Notes under the pieces: model-generated
Databases searched by the model: none
Told to the model about the DNA's origin: nothing
Seen by the model: the letters and a program-made list of their open reading frames with translations, nothing else
In this document: positions 45,875 to 55,778 of the stretch, piece after piece
Layout of the letters: each line of letters starts with the position of its first letter
Numbering within the stretch: the first letter of the stretch is position 1
Assembly: GCA_964538855.1 (NCBI GenBank)
Contig: CAZIEY010000001.1
Span: 314,188 to 378,187 of the forward strand
Direction of reading: 5' to 3'
DNA: 64,000 nt
Source: an uncultured Candidatus Saccharibacteria bacterium
Lineage (GTDB): Bacteria; Patescibacteriota; Minisyncoccia; Phycocordibacterales; JAACPR01
Made by a program: the position numbers and the translations under genes

Positions 45875-48800
45875 ATGAAGCAAAAAAATGAACAGGCTTT
45901 GAAGAAGCCTGAAAACGGTCCTGATATGACCGGTCAGAAACACTCTGAGAATCGCGGAAAAAGCGAAATAGCATTATTAGAAGAAAACGTATTAAAATTT
46001 TGGCAGGATAGTGATATTTTTAAAAAGTCAGTCGAGCGCGATGCACCTCGAGGTGAATTCGTCTTTTATGATGGGCCTCCGTTTGCGACTGGTGTGCCAC
46101 ACTACGGTCACATTTTGGCCGGAATTTTGAAAGATGCAATTCCACGATATCAAACCATGCGCGGTCATCGCGTCGAGCGTCGCTGGGGTTGGGACTGTCA
46201 CGGCTTGCCGATCGAAAAATTGGTGCAAGACGAACAAAAGTTGAATACGAAAAAAGATATTGAAAACTTCGGTATCAAAAATTTCAATGCCGCCGCAAAA
46301 GCGACAGTTTTCCGCTACGACAAAGAATGGAAGGAAGTCATTCCGCGCACTGGTCGATGGGTCGACATGGAAAACAGCTACACAACTATGGACGCCTCTT
46401 TCTCCGAATCTGTTATGTGGGCTTTCAAAAATTTGTACGACAAGGGCTTGGTCTACGAAGATTTCAAAACGATGCACATTTCGCCGCCGCTTGAAACTCC
46501 ACTTTCAAACTTTGAAGTAAATCAAAATTACAAAGACATTACGGATATTTCTGTGTATGTGAAATTCGAACTCAAGGACGAGCCGAATACATTTGTGATT
46601 GCGTGGACGACAACACCGTGGACTCTGCCAGGGAACGTGGCGCTCGCGGTTGGAGCAGAGATTGAATATGTGGAAGTAAAATATAATTTCAAAGATGTGG
46701 GCGAACAAAATTACATTGTCGCAAAAGATCGTCTTGCACACGTATTTAAAAACAAAGAATACAGTATTGTTGCAGAATTAAAAGGCACCGACCTCGTTGG
46801 AAAATCATACAAACCCGTCTTTGATTATTATGCAAAAAATCAGACACTTGAAAATCGTGAAAACGGTTGGAAGATTTACGCTGCAGATTTCGTCACGACG
46901 ACTGATGGTTCTGGCGTGGTACATATTGCGCCTGCATTCGGTGAAGATGACTTGAATTTGGGCAAGGCAAATAACTTGCCATTCATACAGCACGTAAACA
47001 TTGACGGTACGATCAAAGCCGAAGTGACTGATTTTGCTGGTCGCCAAGCGAAACCAAAAGCAACTAAAGAAAATCCGAATGCTCATCAAGAGACCGACAT
47101 TGAAGTTGTGAAATATCTCGCGCATCACAGCTCATTATTTGAGAAAGAAAAGTTCACTCACTCATATCCACATTGTTGGAGAACTGATGCGCCACTTTTG
47201 AATTACGCGTTGTCGTCATGGTTTGTTCGTGTGACTGATTTCCGCGACAAGATGGTTAAATTAAATGCAAAAGTAAAGTGGGTTCCCGAAGCAGTGGGGG
47301 AGAAGCGCTTTGGAAATTGGCTCGAAAATATAAAAGACTGGGGAATTTCACGTTCTCGATTTTGGGGAACTCCGATTCCAGTTTGGCAGTCAGAGGACAA
47401 AACCGAGACTGCTGTACTTGGGTCGCTCGAAGAAATTCGTGAAAAAACTCGCGGCACAAATACTTATTTTGTGATGCGTCATGGCGAGGCAGAGCACAAC
47501 ATCAAGCACGTATTGAATTCTGATAATTCTACACCGAGCCACTTGACTGAAAACGGAAAAAATAAAGTACTCAAAACTGCCGAGAATCTGAAGTCGAAAA
47601 AAATCGATCTTATTATTGCGTCGCCCCTCATTCGTACGAAAGAAACCGCTGAATTGGTTGCCGGAGTATGCGGCATTTCCAAAGACTCGATCCTTTATGA
47701 CGATCGAATCCAAGAAGTGCAGGGAGGTACAATGAATGGCTCAACTTCGGAACAGTATGCGAAGTTATTTCCGAATGTAATTGATAAATTTACGGTTACA
47801 CCAGAAGGAGGTGAAAATATATCTGACGTAAAAAAACGCGCTGGGGATTTCATATATGAAATCGATAGGAAATATCAGGGTAAAACTATACTCGTAGTTA
47901 CGCATGAATACGTGATGTGGATGCTCGATTCGGTGCGTCTCGGTTTGACTAATAAAAACGCGTCTCTTCTCAAGGAAAAAAGTGTTGATTATGTCCCAAC
48001 ATCTCACTTGGTGCAATTTGATTTTGCGCCGATTCCGCATAACGACGATTATGAATTGGATTTTCACCGACCATTTATCGACGACGTGACGTTTATGCAG
48101 GCCGGTAAAAAGATGACGCGCATCAAGGATGTCTTCGATACGTGGTTTGATTCTGGTTCAATGCCATTTGCGATTAATCACTATCCGTTCAAAAAGGATG
48201 CGTTTAATCCGGGCGGTCTTTTGACCAAGAGCAAGGGTTTTCCTGCGGATTTTATTGCCGAAGGTCTCGATCAGACGCGCGGATGGTTTTATACATTACT
48301 CGCGCTCAATACTGCGCTCTTTGGAAAAGCCCCATATAAAAACGTGGTGGTGAATGGACTCGTGCTTGCCGAAGATGGCCGCAAAATGTCAAAGCGTCTT
48401 AAAAATTATCCGGATGTAGATGTGGTGCTTAATAAATATGGTGCGGATGCCTTGCGTTACTACATGATTTCGTCGCCAATTGTGCGATCAGAGCCACTTA
48501 ATTTTTCGGAGAAGGGTATCGATGAAGTTGTTAAAAAAATCACCAATCGCCTCCTCAACGTCGTTTCGTTCTACAAAATGTATGGAGCAGAGGAACATGC
48601 GGAAAGCGATGTTCGACCAGGCGGAGATAATCCACTCGATAATTGGATCTTGAATCGCCTTTCAGAGGTTGCTGAAGCTATGACAAAGGGGATGGATCAG
48701 TACGAATTAGATCGCGCATCTCGTCCAATTTTTGATTTCGTCGATGATTTGTCAACGTGGTATGTGCGTCGCTCCCGTGATCGTTTCAAGGATGCGGATA

Positions 48801-49477
48801 TGGCGGACAAAAATATTGCCACAAAGACACTCGCGTATGTTTTGATTAATTTAGCGAAATTGATGGCGCCTTTCATGCCTTTCTTGGCAGAAAAAATCTA
48901 TCAGGAAATTTCCGGAGCGAATTTTACTTCTGCCGATAAAAGCGTCCATCTGTTAGACTGGCCAAAATTGGCGAAGTCAGATGCAGATGTTGTCGTACAA
49001 ATGCAAAAAGTCCGCAATATCGTCGCGGTGTCTCTCGAAGCCCGTGACCGTGCAGCGATAAAAGTGCGCCAACCTCTCGCAACTCTAACTTTGTCTTCTG
49101 AATTTTCTAAAGTGACTGCCGGGCTAGTTGAAATCATCAAAGACGAAGTGAACATTAAAACGGTCGCGTTTGACGCTTCTCTAAAATCGGATGAAGTGCG
49201 CCTCGATACAGTTTTGACTGAAGAATTAAAATCAGAAGGTGTCGCGCGGGATCTCATTCGCCACATTCAATCGATGCGAAAGGATAAGAAGCTCGAACCG
49301 TCCGATGTGATCGAATTAAAAATCGCAACTGACGAAGCCAGCAAAAAAGTTCTCGCTGCATTCGAATCTGAAATCAAAAAAACGGTGAATGCAAAAGCAA
49401 TTGCGTATAGATCGCCAATCGAAAAATCCGATGCAACTTGTACTTCGGGAATACATTCTTTCGATGTGACTTTCTAA
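45875..49477 (+). CDS. ileS: Isoleucine--tRNA ligase (type 2, eukaryote/archaeal-like) carrying an inserted histidine-phosphatase-like domain
   Basis: HIGH motif PHYGH and KMSKR. 1200 aa; residues ~529-705 (YFVMRHGEAEHN...LVVTHEYVMW) are not part of canonical IleS. Confidence 0.9.
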   Translation: MKQKNEQALKKPENGPDMTGQKHSENRGKSEIALLEENVLKFWQDSDIFKKSVERDAPRGEFVFYDGPPFATGVPHYGHILAGILKDAIPRYQTMRGHRVERRWGWDCHGLPIEKLVQDEQKLNTKKDIENFGIKNFNAAAKATVFRYDKEWKEVIPRTGRWVDMENSYTTMDASFSESVMWAFKNLYDKGLVYEDFKTMHISPPLETPLSNFEVNQNYKDITDISVYVKFELKDEPNTFVIAWTTTPWTLPGNVALAVGAEIEYVEVKYNFKDVGEQNYIVAKDRLAHVFKNKEYSIVAELKGTDLVGKSYKPVFDYYAKNQTLENRENGWKIYAADFVTTTDGSGVVHIAPAFGEDDLNLGKANNLPFIQHVNIDGTIKAEVTDFAGRQAKPKATKENPNAHQETDIEVVKYLAHHSSLFEKEKFTHSYPHCWRTDAPLLNYALSSWFVRVTDFRDKMVKLNAKVKWVPEAVGEKRFGNWLENIKDWGISRSRFWGTPIPVWQSEDKTETAVLGSLEEIREKTRGTNTYFVMRHGEAEHNIKHVLNSDNSTPSHLTENGKNKVLKTAENLKSKKIDLIIASPLIRTKETAELVAGVCGISKDSILYDDRIQEVQGGTMNGSTSEQYAKLFPNVIDKFTVTPEGGENISDVKKRAGDFIYEIDRKYQGKTILVVTHEYVMWMLDSVRLGLTNKNASLLKEKSVDYVPTSHLVQFDFAPIPHNDDYELDFHRPFIDDVTFMQAGKKMTRIKDVFDTWFDSGSMPFAINHYPFKKDAFNPGGLLTKSKGFPADFIAEGLDQTRGWFYTLLALNTALFGKAPYKNVVVNGLVLAEDGRKMSKRLKNYPDVDVVLNKYGADALRYYMISSPIVRSEPLNFSEKGIDEVVKKITNRLLNVVSFYKMYGAEEHAESDVRPGGDNPLDNWILNRLSEVAEAMTKGMDQYELDRASRPIFDFVDDLSTWYVRRSRDRFKDADMADKNIATKTLAYVLINLAKLMAPFMPFLAEKIYQEISGANFTSADKSVHLLDWPKLAKSDADVVVQMQKVRNIVAVSLEARDRAAIKVRQPLATLTLSSEFSKVTAGLVEIIKDEVNIKTVAFDASLKSDEVRLDTVLTEELKSEGVARDLIRHIQSMRKDKKLEPSDVIELKIATDEASKKVLAAFESEIKKTVNAKAIAYRSPIEKSDATCTSGIHSFDVTF

Positions 49478-49478
49478 C

Positions 49479-50060
49479 ATGAATCATATTTATCAAACTC
49501 GTGGTTATGTCCTGGCCCATTTCCCGAGTGGGGAATACAACAAACAATTGGTCATTTTGACCGAGCAATTTGGTGTTATTCGTGTGACTGCTCAAGCGGT
49601 CCGTAAAATCGAGTCCAAGCTGCGCACTTCGATTCAGGATTATTCTTATGCAGAATTTTTTCTGGTGCATGGTAAGGGTGGGTGGCGCTTGATTAACACA
49701 ACACAGACTGGAAACTTGTATACTGAAATTACCAAGGAAAGCTTTCCTATGTTTGCGAGAATTTTTTCACTCATCACGAGACTAATTCCAGAGGAAGATA
49801 ATGTGAGCAGGGTTTTCTCTGTGATCGATGAGGCAGTGAAATTTGTGAAAGAACATGAAATTTCTTCGGCAGAATGTGAACACTTGGAAATTCTTGTCGA
49901 TACAAAGATTTTGTTTGACTTGGGGTATATTGAACATCATAGTGAGATTATGAAATCAATCTCAGGAGAAATCACCAGGGACGCTCTTGCGCACATCGGA
50001 TCCAATAAAAGGGAAGCCCTCAAGATTGTGAACCAAGCGATACGAGAAAGCCATCTTTAG
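49479..50060 (+). CDS. recO: DNA repair protein RecO-like (short)
   Basis: N-terminal OB-fold pattern RGYVLAHFPSGEYNKQLVILTEQFGVIRVTAQAVRK...FFLVHGKGGWRL, then a helical domain. Confidence 0.5.
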   Translation: MNHIYQTRGYVLAHFPSGEYNKQLVILTEQFGVIRVTAQAVRKIESKLRTSIQDYSYAEFFLVHGKGGWRLINTTQTGNLYTEITKESFPMFARIFSLITRLIPEEDNVSRVFSVIDEAVKFVKEHEISSAECEHLEILVDTKILFDLGYIEHHSEIMKSISGEITRDALAHIGSNKREALKIVNQAIRESHL

Positions 50061-50071
50061 TGGTATAATTT

Positions 50072-51982
50072 TTGGATATGGAAGATCACAAAAGCCGAAT
50101 TGAACGGGTTCAGCAAAAATTGGACTCGCAAAATTTTCACCCAATTCATGAGGAATTTGTCCTACATGAAAAAGAATATAATTTAAAACCGGATTGGCAG
50201 GAAAACCCTGGGCCAGATTATAAGCCGGGAATCATAGAAAAGATTGGGCTTTTTCGGATATTTCTCGGAGCTGCATTCGTCTTTTTCCTCGGCTCACTTG
50301 CGTATGCCGGATTTATCTTTACTCGTGATAATCAACCAACGAGAGGGGATGATGTAACAATTACTGTTGTTGGACCTGTTTCTGTTGGAGGCGGCGAGAA
50401 ATTATCTGTCGATGTTTTAATTCAAAATAATAATGTGGTACCGGTCGAATTAGCTGATTTGGTTGTTGATTTCCCCGAGGGAACAAAGAGCTCTGATGAC
50501 CTTGCAACCGATATTCGTCATACCCGAGAGGACCTCGGGACAATTGAATCTGGCGCAGTAATTCGTCGTACTATCAATGCGGCACTTTTTGGAGAAGAGA
50601 ATTCCACAAAGACAATTACGGTTGGAACGGACTATCGTGTTCAGGGTTCAACTGCAATTTTTGAAAAACGAAAAAGTTTCGACATCGTCTTGAACGCTTC
50701 ACCAATTCGTCTGACTGTCGAAGCGCTTCGTGAAATTTCGGCGGGTCAAGCACTTGAATTAAAAGTCAAAATTGTTTCAAATTCGAGCAAGCGCCTCGAG
50801 AATGTGATGCTTACCGCAAGCTATCCTTTTGGTTTTATGTTCCAAGATTCCAATATTAAACCTTCATTTGATAAAAATGTGTGGCTGTTTGCCGGTCTCA
50901 ATCCAAAAGAGGAGCAGACTATCGTGATTAGGGGTATTATCGAGGGGCAAAATTCCGAAGATCGTTTCTTCAGATTTAATTCTGGAATTGCCAAGGAGAA
51001 TTCCGCCTCAGAATTGGGTGTTATTTTTAATAGCACGACCCATCTCACTACTATCCAAAAGTCTTTCATTGATTTAGCTCTTGTGGTCAATGGCACCGAA
51101 GGGGAAAATCTTTACATGACGAGTGAGGATGGTGCGAACGGGGAATTGGTCTTTTCAAATAATACTAATGACATGATTCGCGATGTGCGTATCGACATGG
51201 AAATTCTCGGATCTGCGATTGATAAAAAGAGCGTCACGGTTGAGAAGGGTTTCTATAATTCAGGAACCAACATGATTAGTTGGAGCTCAGAGACTGACAG
51301 TGAATTCCAAGTGATGAATCCACGCGATACCTTACGCGTACAATTCAGATTTAATTCACTTAACTTTTCATCTGGCGCGTACAACACCAGAAATCCAGAA
51401 ATAAAATTGCGGGCTGGTGTGACAGGAAAACGAGTTTCTGGTAATAATGTCCAAGAAGAGATCGAGACTATTGCAAGTGCGAATATTCGTATTCAGTCCG
51501 ATGTGCCGATTCTTGCGTATACTGCACACGCAGACGGCGTCTTTACTAATAGCGGGCCGATTCCACCTCGGGTTGAGCAAGAGACAACTTATACCATTGC
51601 ATATCAGGTTTCTAATAATAGTAATGAATTACGCAATGCAAAAATAGAAGGAGTTTTACCGTCGTATGTTTCCTGGAATAATTTGGTTCAACCGGAAAGT
51701 GAAATTGTTACCTTTGATTATCAAACTAGGAAATTTACTTGGAACATCGGCACTATTACGCCGGGGGCAGGTTTTGGTCAAAAAGCCGAAACGCTTTCTT
51801 TCAAAGTTACGTTATTACCAAGTGCAAGTCAGATTGGTAGTGCGCCAGATCTCGTCAGGAATTCGGTGTTCACTGCTACAGACTTGTTCACAAATACTAC
51901 TATTACAAAGGCGGTTCCTCCTATTACAACAAAGATCTACAATCAACCTATTGGAAATAATCATCAAAATGTGGTTGAATAG
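50072..51982 (+). CDS. Hypothetical single-pass surface protein with repeated beta-sandwich-like modules
   Basis: N-terminal cytoplasmic segment, one TM (IGLFRIFLGAAFVFFLGSLAYAGFIF), and a large extracytoplasmic region. Confidence 0.45.
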   Translation: MDMEDHKSRIERVQQKLDSQNFHPIHEEFVLHEKEYNLKPDWQENPGPDYKPGIIEKIGLFRIFLGAAFVFFLGSLAYAGFIFTRDNQPTRGDDVTITVVGPVSVGGGEKLSVDVLIQNNNVVPVELADLVVDFPEGTKSSDDLATDIRHTREDLGTIESGAVIRRTINAALFGEENSTKTITVGTDYRVQGSTAIFEKRKSFDIVLNASPIRLTVEALREISAGQALELKVKIVSNSSKRLENVMLTASYPFGFMFQDSNIKPSFDKNVWLFAGLNPKEEQTIVIRGIIEGQNSEDRFFRFNSGIAKENSASELGVIFNSTTHLTTIQKSFIDLALVVNGTEGENLYMTSEDGANGELVFSNNTNDMIRDVRIDMEILGSAIDKKSVTVEKGFYNSGTNMISWSSETDSEFQVMNPRDTLRVQFRFNSLNFSSGAYNTRNPEIKLRAGVTGKRVSGNNVQEEIETIASANIRIQSDVPILAYTAHADGVFTNSGPIPPRVEQETTYTIAYQVSNNSNELRNAKIEGVLPSYVSWNNLVQPESEIVTFDYQTRKFTWNIGTITPGAGFGQKAETLSFKVTLLPSASQIGSAPDLVRNSVFTATDLFTNTTITKAVPPITTKIYNQPIGNNHQNVVE

Positions 51983-51987
51983 TCTGT

Positions 51988-53373
51988 ATGAAAAAGACAG
52001 ACACACAAAATAATGTAATGGAGGAAATTATCTCGCTTGCAAAACGCCGTGGGTTTATTTTCCAAGGCTCTGAAATTTACGGTGGTCTCGCTGGTACATG
52101 GGATTACGCGCCTCTTGGTGTCGCTCTCAAAAACAATATTAAAAATTTGTGGTGGAAGCGTTTTGTGTCTGATCGCGAAGATATGTACGGAATGGACGCT
52201 GCGATTTTGATGAATCAAAATGTCTGGAAGGCGAGTGGTCACGTGGATACGTTTGCCGATCCTCTCGTTGAAGATTTAAAGACAGGTCGACGATATCGCG
52301 CTGATCATCTTCTTGAAGCTAACAATATTGATCCAAAAGGTATGAAATTGGCTGATATGGATGCGGCAATTAAAAAACACGGCATTAAGAGTCCTGACGG
52401 TCATCCTGTTGGGGAAGTTCGTCAATTTAAAATGATGTTCAAGACTCATGTTGGTGCTATCGAAGACGACACTTCTATCTCATATCTTCGCCCTGAAACT
52501 GCGCAGGGTATGTTTGTGAACTTTAAAAATATCGTCGACACATTTCATCCGAAATTGCCGTTTGGTATGGCACAAATTGGTAAAGCTTTCCGTAATGAAA
52601 TTGCACCTCGTGATTTTACATTCCGTACTCGCGAATTTGAACAAATGGAAATTGAATATTTCGTGGCGCCATCTGATTGGGAAAAAATCTTTGAACATTT
52701 CCGACAACAAGTACATGCGTTCACTGATGACGTCGGTCTGCCAAAAGAAAAAGTCCACGAATTAGAAATTGCAAAAGAAGATTTGGCTCACTATTCAAAA
52801 CGAACTATCGATTTCGAATTTGATTATCCATTTGGTAAAAAAGAACTCTACGGTTTGGCATATCGAACTGATTTCGACTTAAAAGCGCATGCCGACAAAT
52901 CGACAGTGGACCTTTCGTATTTCGACGAAGAAGCAAAAACACGATTCGTGCCACATTGTATCGAACCTTCATTTGGTGTTGATCGAACCGTGCTTGCAGT
53001 ACTCACTGATGCCTACACAGAAGACAGTATGGCTGGCGAAAAACGTGTGTTCTTGAAATTCAAGCCGAGCGTCGCTCCGGTGAAAGTCGCTGTGTTTCCA
53101 CTTCTCAAAAACAAACCAGACCTCGTAACAAAAGCTCGCGAAGTCTACAATCAAATTCGCAAAGCTATTCCTCAAACAATGTTTGATGACAACGGAAATA
53201 TCGGTAAACGATATCGACGTCAGGATGAAATTGGTACACCACTTTGTGTGACTGTTGATTTCGAAACGATTGAACAGGGAACAGGTGTCACTGTGCGCGA
53301 CCGCGATTCTGGAAAACAAGAACGTGTGTCTCTCGAAAATCTCGTATCGTATTTACTCGAAAAACTAAACTAA
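51988..53373 (+). CDS. glyQS: Glycine--tRNA ligase (alpha2 dimeric, GlyQS type)
   Basis: N-terminus RGFIFQGSEIYGGLAGTWDYAPLGV and class II motifs. Confidence 0.9.
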   Translation: MKKTDTQNNVMEEIISLAKRRGFIFQGSEIYGGLAGTWDYAPLGVALKNNIKNLWWKRFVSDREDMYGMDAAILMNQNVWKASGHVDTFADPLVEDLKTGRRYRADHLLEANNIDPKGMKLADMDAAIKKHGIKSPDGHPVGEVRQFKMMFKTHVGAIEDDTSISYLRPETAQGMFVNFKNIVDTFHPKLPFGMAQIGKAFRNEIAPRDFTFRTREFEQMEIEYFVAPSDWEKIFEHFRQQVHAFTDDVGLPKEKVHELEIAKEDLAHYSKRTIDFEFDYPFGKKELYGLAYRTDFDLKAHADKSTVDLSYFDEEAKTRFVPHCIEPSFGVDRTVLAVLTDAYTEDSMAGEKRVFLKFKPSVAPVKVAVFPLLKNKPDLVTKAREVYNQIRKAIPQTMFDDNGNIGKRYRRQDEIGTPLCVTVDFETIEQGTGVTVRDRDSGKQERVSLENLVSYLLEKLN

Positions 53374-53381
53374 TTCGCAAC

Positions 53382-54647
53382 ATGAAATTCAAACGAACTA
53401 TTTTGAAAAACGGCTTGCGCCTCGTTACTGTGCCGATGCCAGAAAATCAGACGGTGACTATGATGGTCATGGCGAATGTCGGTGCGCGATACGAGACTGC
53501 AGAATTGAACGGTATTTCGCATTTTTTGGAACACATGTGTTTCAAGGGGACAACCAAACGCACCTGCGCGCAAATTTCTTTCGAACTCGATGCAATTGGG
53601 GCGAGTTTCAATGCTTTTACAAGCCAAGAGGTGACCGGTTATTATGCCAAGGCTCATTACAAGACGTTTCCAAAAATTACGGAAATTTTGTCAGATATTT
53701 ATTTGAATTCAACTTTTCCTGCTGAAGAATTAGAGAAAGAGCGCGGAGTAATTATCGAAGAAATAAATATGTATGAAGATTTGCCTCAAAGTAAAGTCCT
53801 TGATATTTTCACCGAGGCTTTTTATGGTAATCATCCGATGGGAAAATCGGTAGCAGGTCCGAAAGAGAATATTAAAAAATTTACTCGCAATGATTTTCTT
53901 GCGTATCATAAAAAACATTACACAGCAGCCGCTACTACCGTTGTCGTTGCGGGGAATTTCAAATATGCGGAGGTCAAGAAAATGATCGAAGCATATTTTA
54001 CTGCAGCTAAAAAAGATTCAGTTGTGGTGCCAGAAAAGTTTTCTGCAACACAAATCGCGCCAGTTTCAAGAGTGGTGTTCAAAGAAACTGATCAATCACA
54101 CCTCGTGCTTGGATTTAGAACCTTCGATATGTATAACAAAAAGAGACCAATTCTCAGTGTTTTGTCGGCCGTGCTCGGAGGTGGTATGAGTTCACGTCTC
54201 TTTACGAAGATGCGCGAAGAGTTGGGAATTTGCTATTACATAAAATGTGGCGCGAGTCTCGCAACTGATTCAGGTGCATTCGTAATTCGATCTGGGGTGG
54301 GGAATGGTCGCCTCCAAGAGGCAATCACAGGAATTCTCGGAGAAATTCGCAAAGTTCGTGATGAAAGTGTTTCAAAGCGTGAGCTCGACAAGGTGAAAAA
54401 TGTAATTGTGAGCGATATTGTCATGGGGCTTGAAACTTCAAATCAAAATGCAGATTTTTACGGTGAGCAAGAAATCTTTCACGAGAAAATTAAAGAACCA
54501 ACTGCGCTTATCGCTGCTATTAAAAAGGTCACTGCCGCGCAAATCCGATCCTTGGCACAAGAAATTTTCCAGACCAAAAATATTACCTTCGCAGTGATTG
54601 GTCCAAATAAAAACGAGGCAGAAATCGCTTCACTTCTTAAAGTGTAA
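53382..54647 (+). CDS. M16 family zinc peptidase (insulinase-like)
   Basis: Inverted zinc motif HFLEHMCFKGT (HxxEH). Confidence 0.8.
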   Translation: MKFKRTILKNGLRLVTVPMPENQTVTMMVMANVGARYETAELNGISHFLEHMCFKGTTKRTCAQISFELDAIGASFNAFTSQEVTGYYAKAHYKTFPKITEILSDIYLNSTFPAEELEKERGVIIEEINMYEDLPQSKVLDIFTEAFYGNHPMGKSVAGPKENIKKFTRNDFLAYHKKHYTAAATTVVVAGNFKYAEVKKMIEAYFTAAKKDSVVVPEKFSATQIAPVSRVVFKETDQSHLVLGFRTFDMYNKKRPILSVLSAVLGGGMSSRLFTKMREELGICYYIKCGASLATDSGAFVIRSGVGNGRLQEAITGILGEIRKVRDESVSKRELDKVKNVIVSDIVMGLETSNQNADFYGEQEIFHEKIKEPTALIAAIKKVTAAQIRSLAQEIFQTKNITFAVIGPNKNEAEIASLLKV

Positions 54648-54653
54648 TGTGCG

Positions 54654-55772
54654 TTGTTTTGGCGCTTTTTGCATGGTATAGTGTTACAAATGAACGACAA
54701 ATTACAGCAACCGGTGTTTATTAACATCACTATGGGGACTATTTTTAAGACCTTTTTTGCGATATTTTTGGTGTATTTACTGTTTGTGTTGCGTGACTTA
54801 TTATTAATTTTGATTACGTCTGTTGTTTTTGCCTCGGCGATTGAACCAGCTGCGTTGTGGCTAATGAAGAAGAAAATCCCGCGCACACTCAGCGTTCTGA
54901 CGATCTATTTGGGAATTATCGCAGTCCTTGGCATCATCTTTTATTTTTTCGCACCACCGTTTGTGAACGATTTACAAAGCTTTGTTAAATCTCTCCCTCA
55001 ATATGTAACTACAGCCAATGAAACTGGTGGTATTTCGCAATTTTCTTCTATCCCTACTGTTAATGCTTTTTTGGAGAGCCTCAAAAATATCGAGAGAAGT
55101 GAAATAATCTCTACTATCAGCGGCAATTTTCCGAACACTGCGGCCGGCCTTCTTTCTACTGCAAGCGTTATTTTCGGAGGTATCTTTAGTATGTTACTGA
55201 TTTTCGTACTCTCGTTTTATCTTGCGGTACAGGAAAATGGAATTAATAACCTTATCCAAATTGTGACACCGATTAAGCACGAGAAATACGTAATTGATTT
55301 GTGGAAACGCTCTCAGAAAAAAATTGGACTTTGGGTTCAAGGACAACTATTGCTCAGTATTATTGTCGGGGTTTTAATTTTCCTCGGACTCACTGTGATT
55401 GGTGTGAATAATGCGTTGATGCTCGCTGTGATTGCTGCTGTGTTTGAATTGATTCCAGTGTTTGGTCCAATTCTTTCGGCGATTCCTGCGGTGCTATTTG
55501 GATTGGGGCAAGGTGGAATCACCATGAGTGTTATTGTTCTTGCAATTTATCTCATCGTACAACAGTTTGAAAGCCAACTGATTCACCCGCTCGTGGTCAA
55601 GAAAATCGTCGGAATTCCTGCACTTGTTGCCATTCTTGCTCTTATTATCGGAGGGCAGGTTGCAGGTTTTCTTGGAATTCTCATCGCGGTGCCTGTTGCG
55701 GCGGCGGTTATGGAATACATTAATGATTTGGAAATTCTCCGCAAGCAACAATCCAAAGAGATACAAAGTTAA
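54654..55772 (+). CDS. AI-2E family transporter (UPF0118/PerM-like)
   Basis: ~8 TM helices with Gly/Pro-rich segments matching the family topology. Confidence 0.65.
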   Translation: MFWRFLHGIVLQMNDKLQQPVFINITMGTIFKTFFAIFLVYLLFVLRDLLLILITSVVFASAIEPAALWLMKKKIPRTLSVLTIYLGIIAVLGIIFYFFAPPFVNDLQSFVKSLPQYVTTANETGGISQFSSIPTVNAFLESLKNIERSEIISTISGNFPNTAAGLLSTASVIFGGIFSMLLIFVLSFYLAVQENGINNLIQIVTPIKHEKYVIDLWKRSQKKIGLWVQGQLLLSIIVGVLIFLGLTVIGVNNALMLAVIAAVFELIPVFGPILSAIPAVLFGLGQGGITMSVIVLAIYLIVQQFESQLIHPLVVKKIVGIPALVAILALIIGGQVAGFLGILIAVPVAAAVMEYINDLEILRKQQSKEIQS

Positions 55773-55778
55773 AATAAC

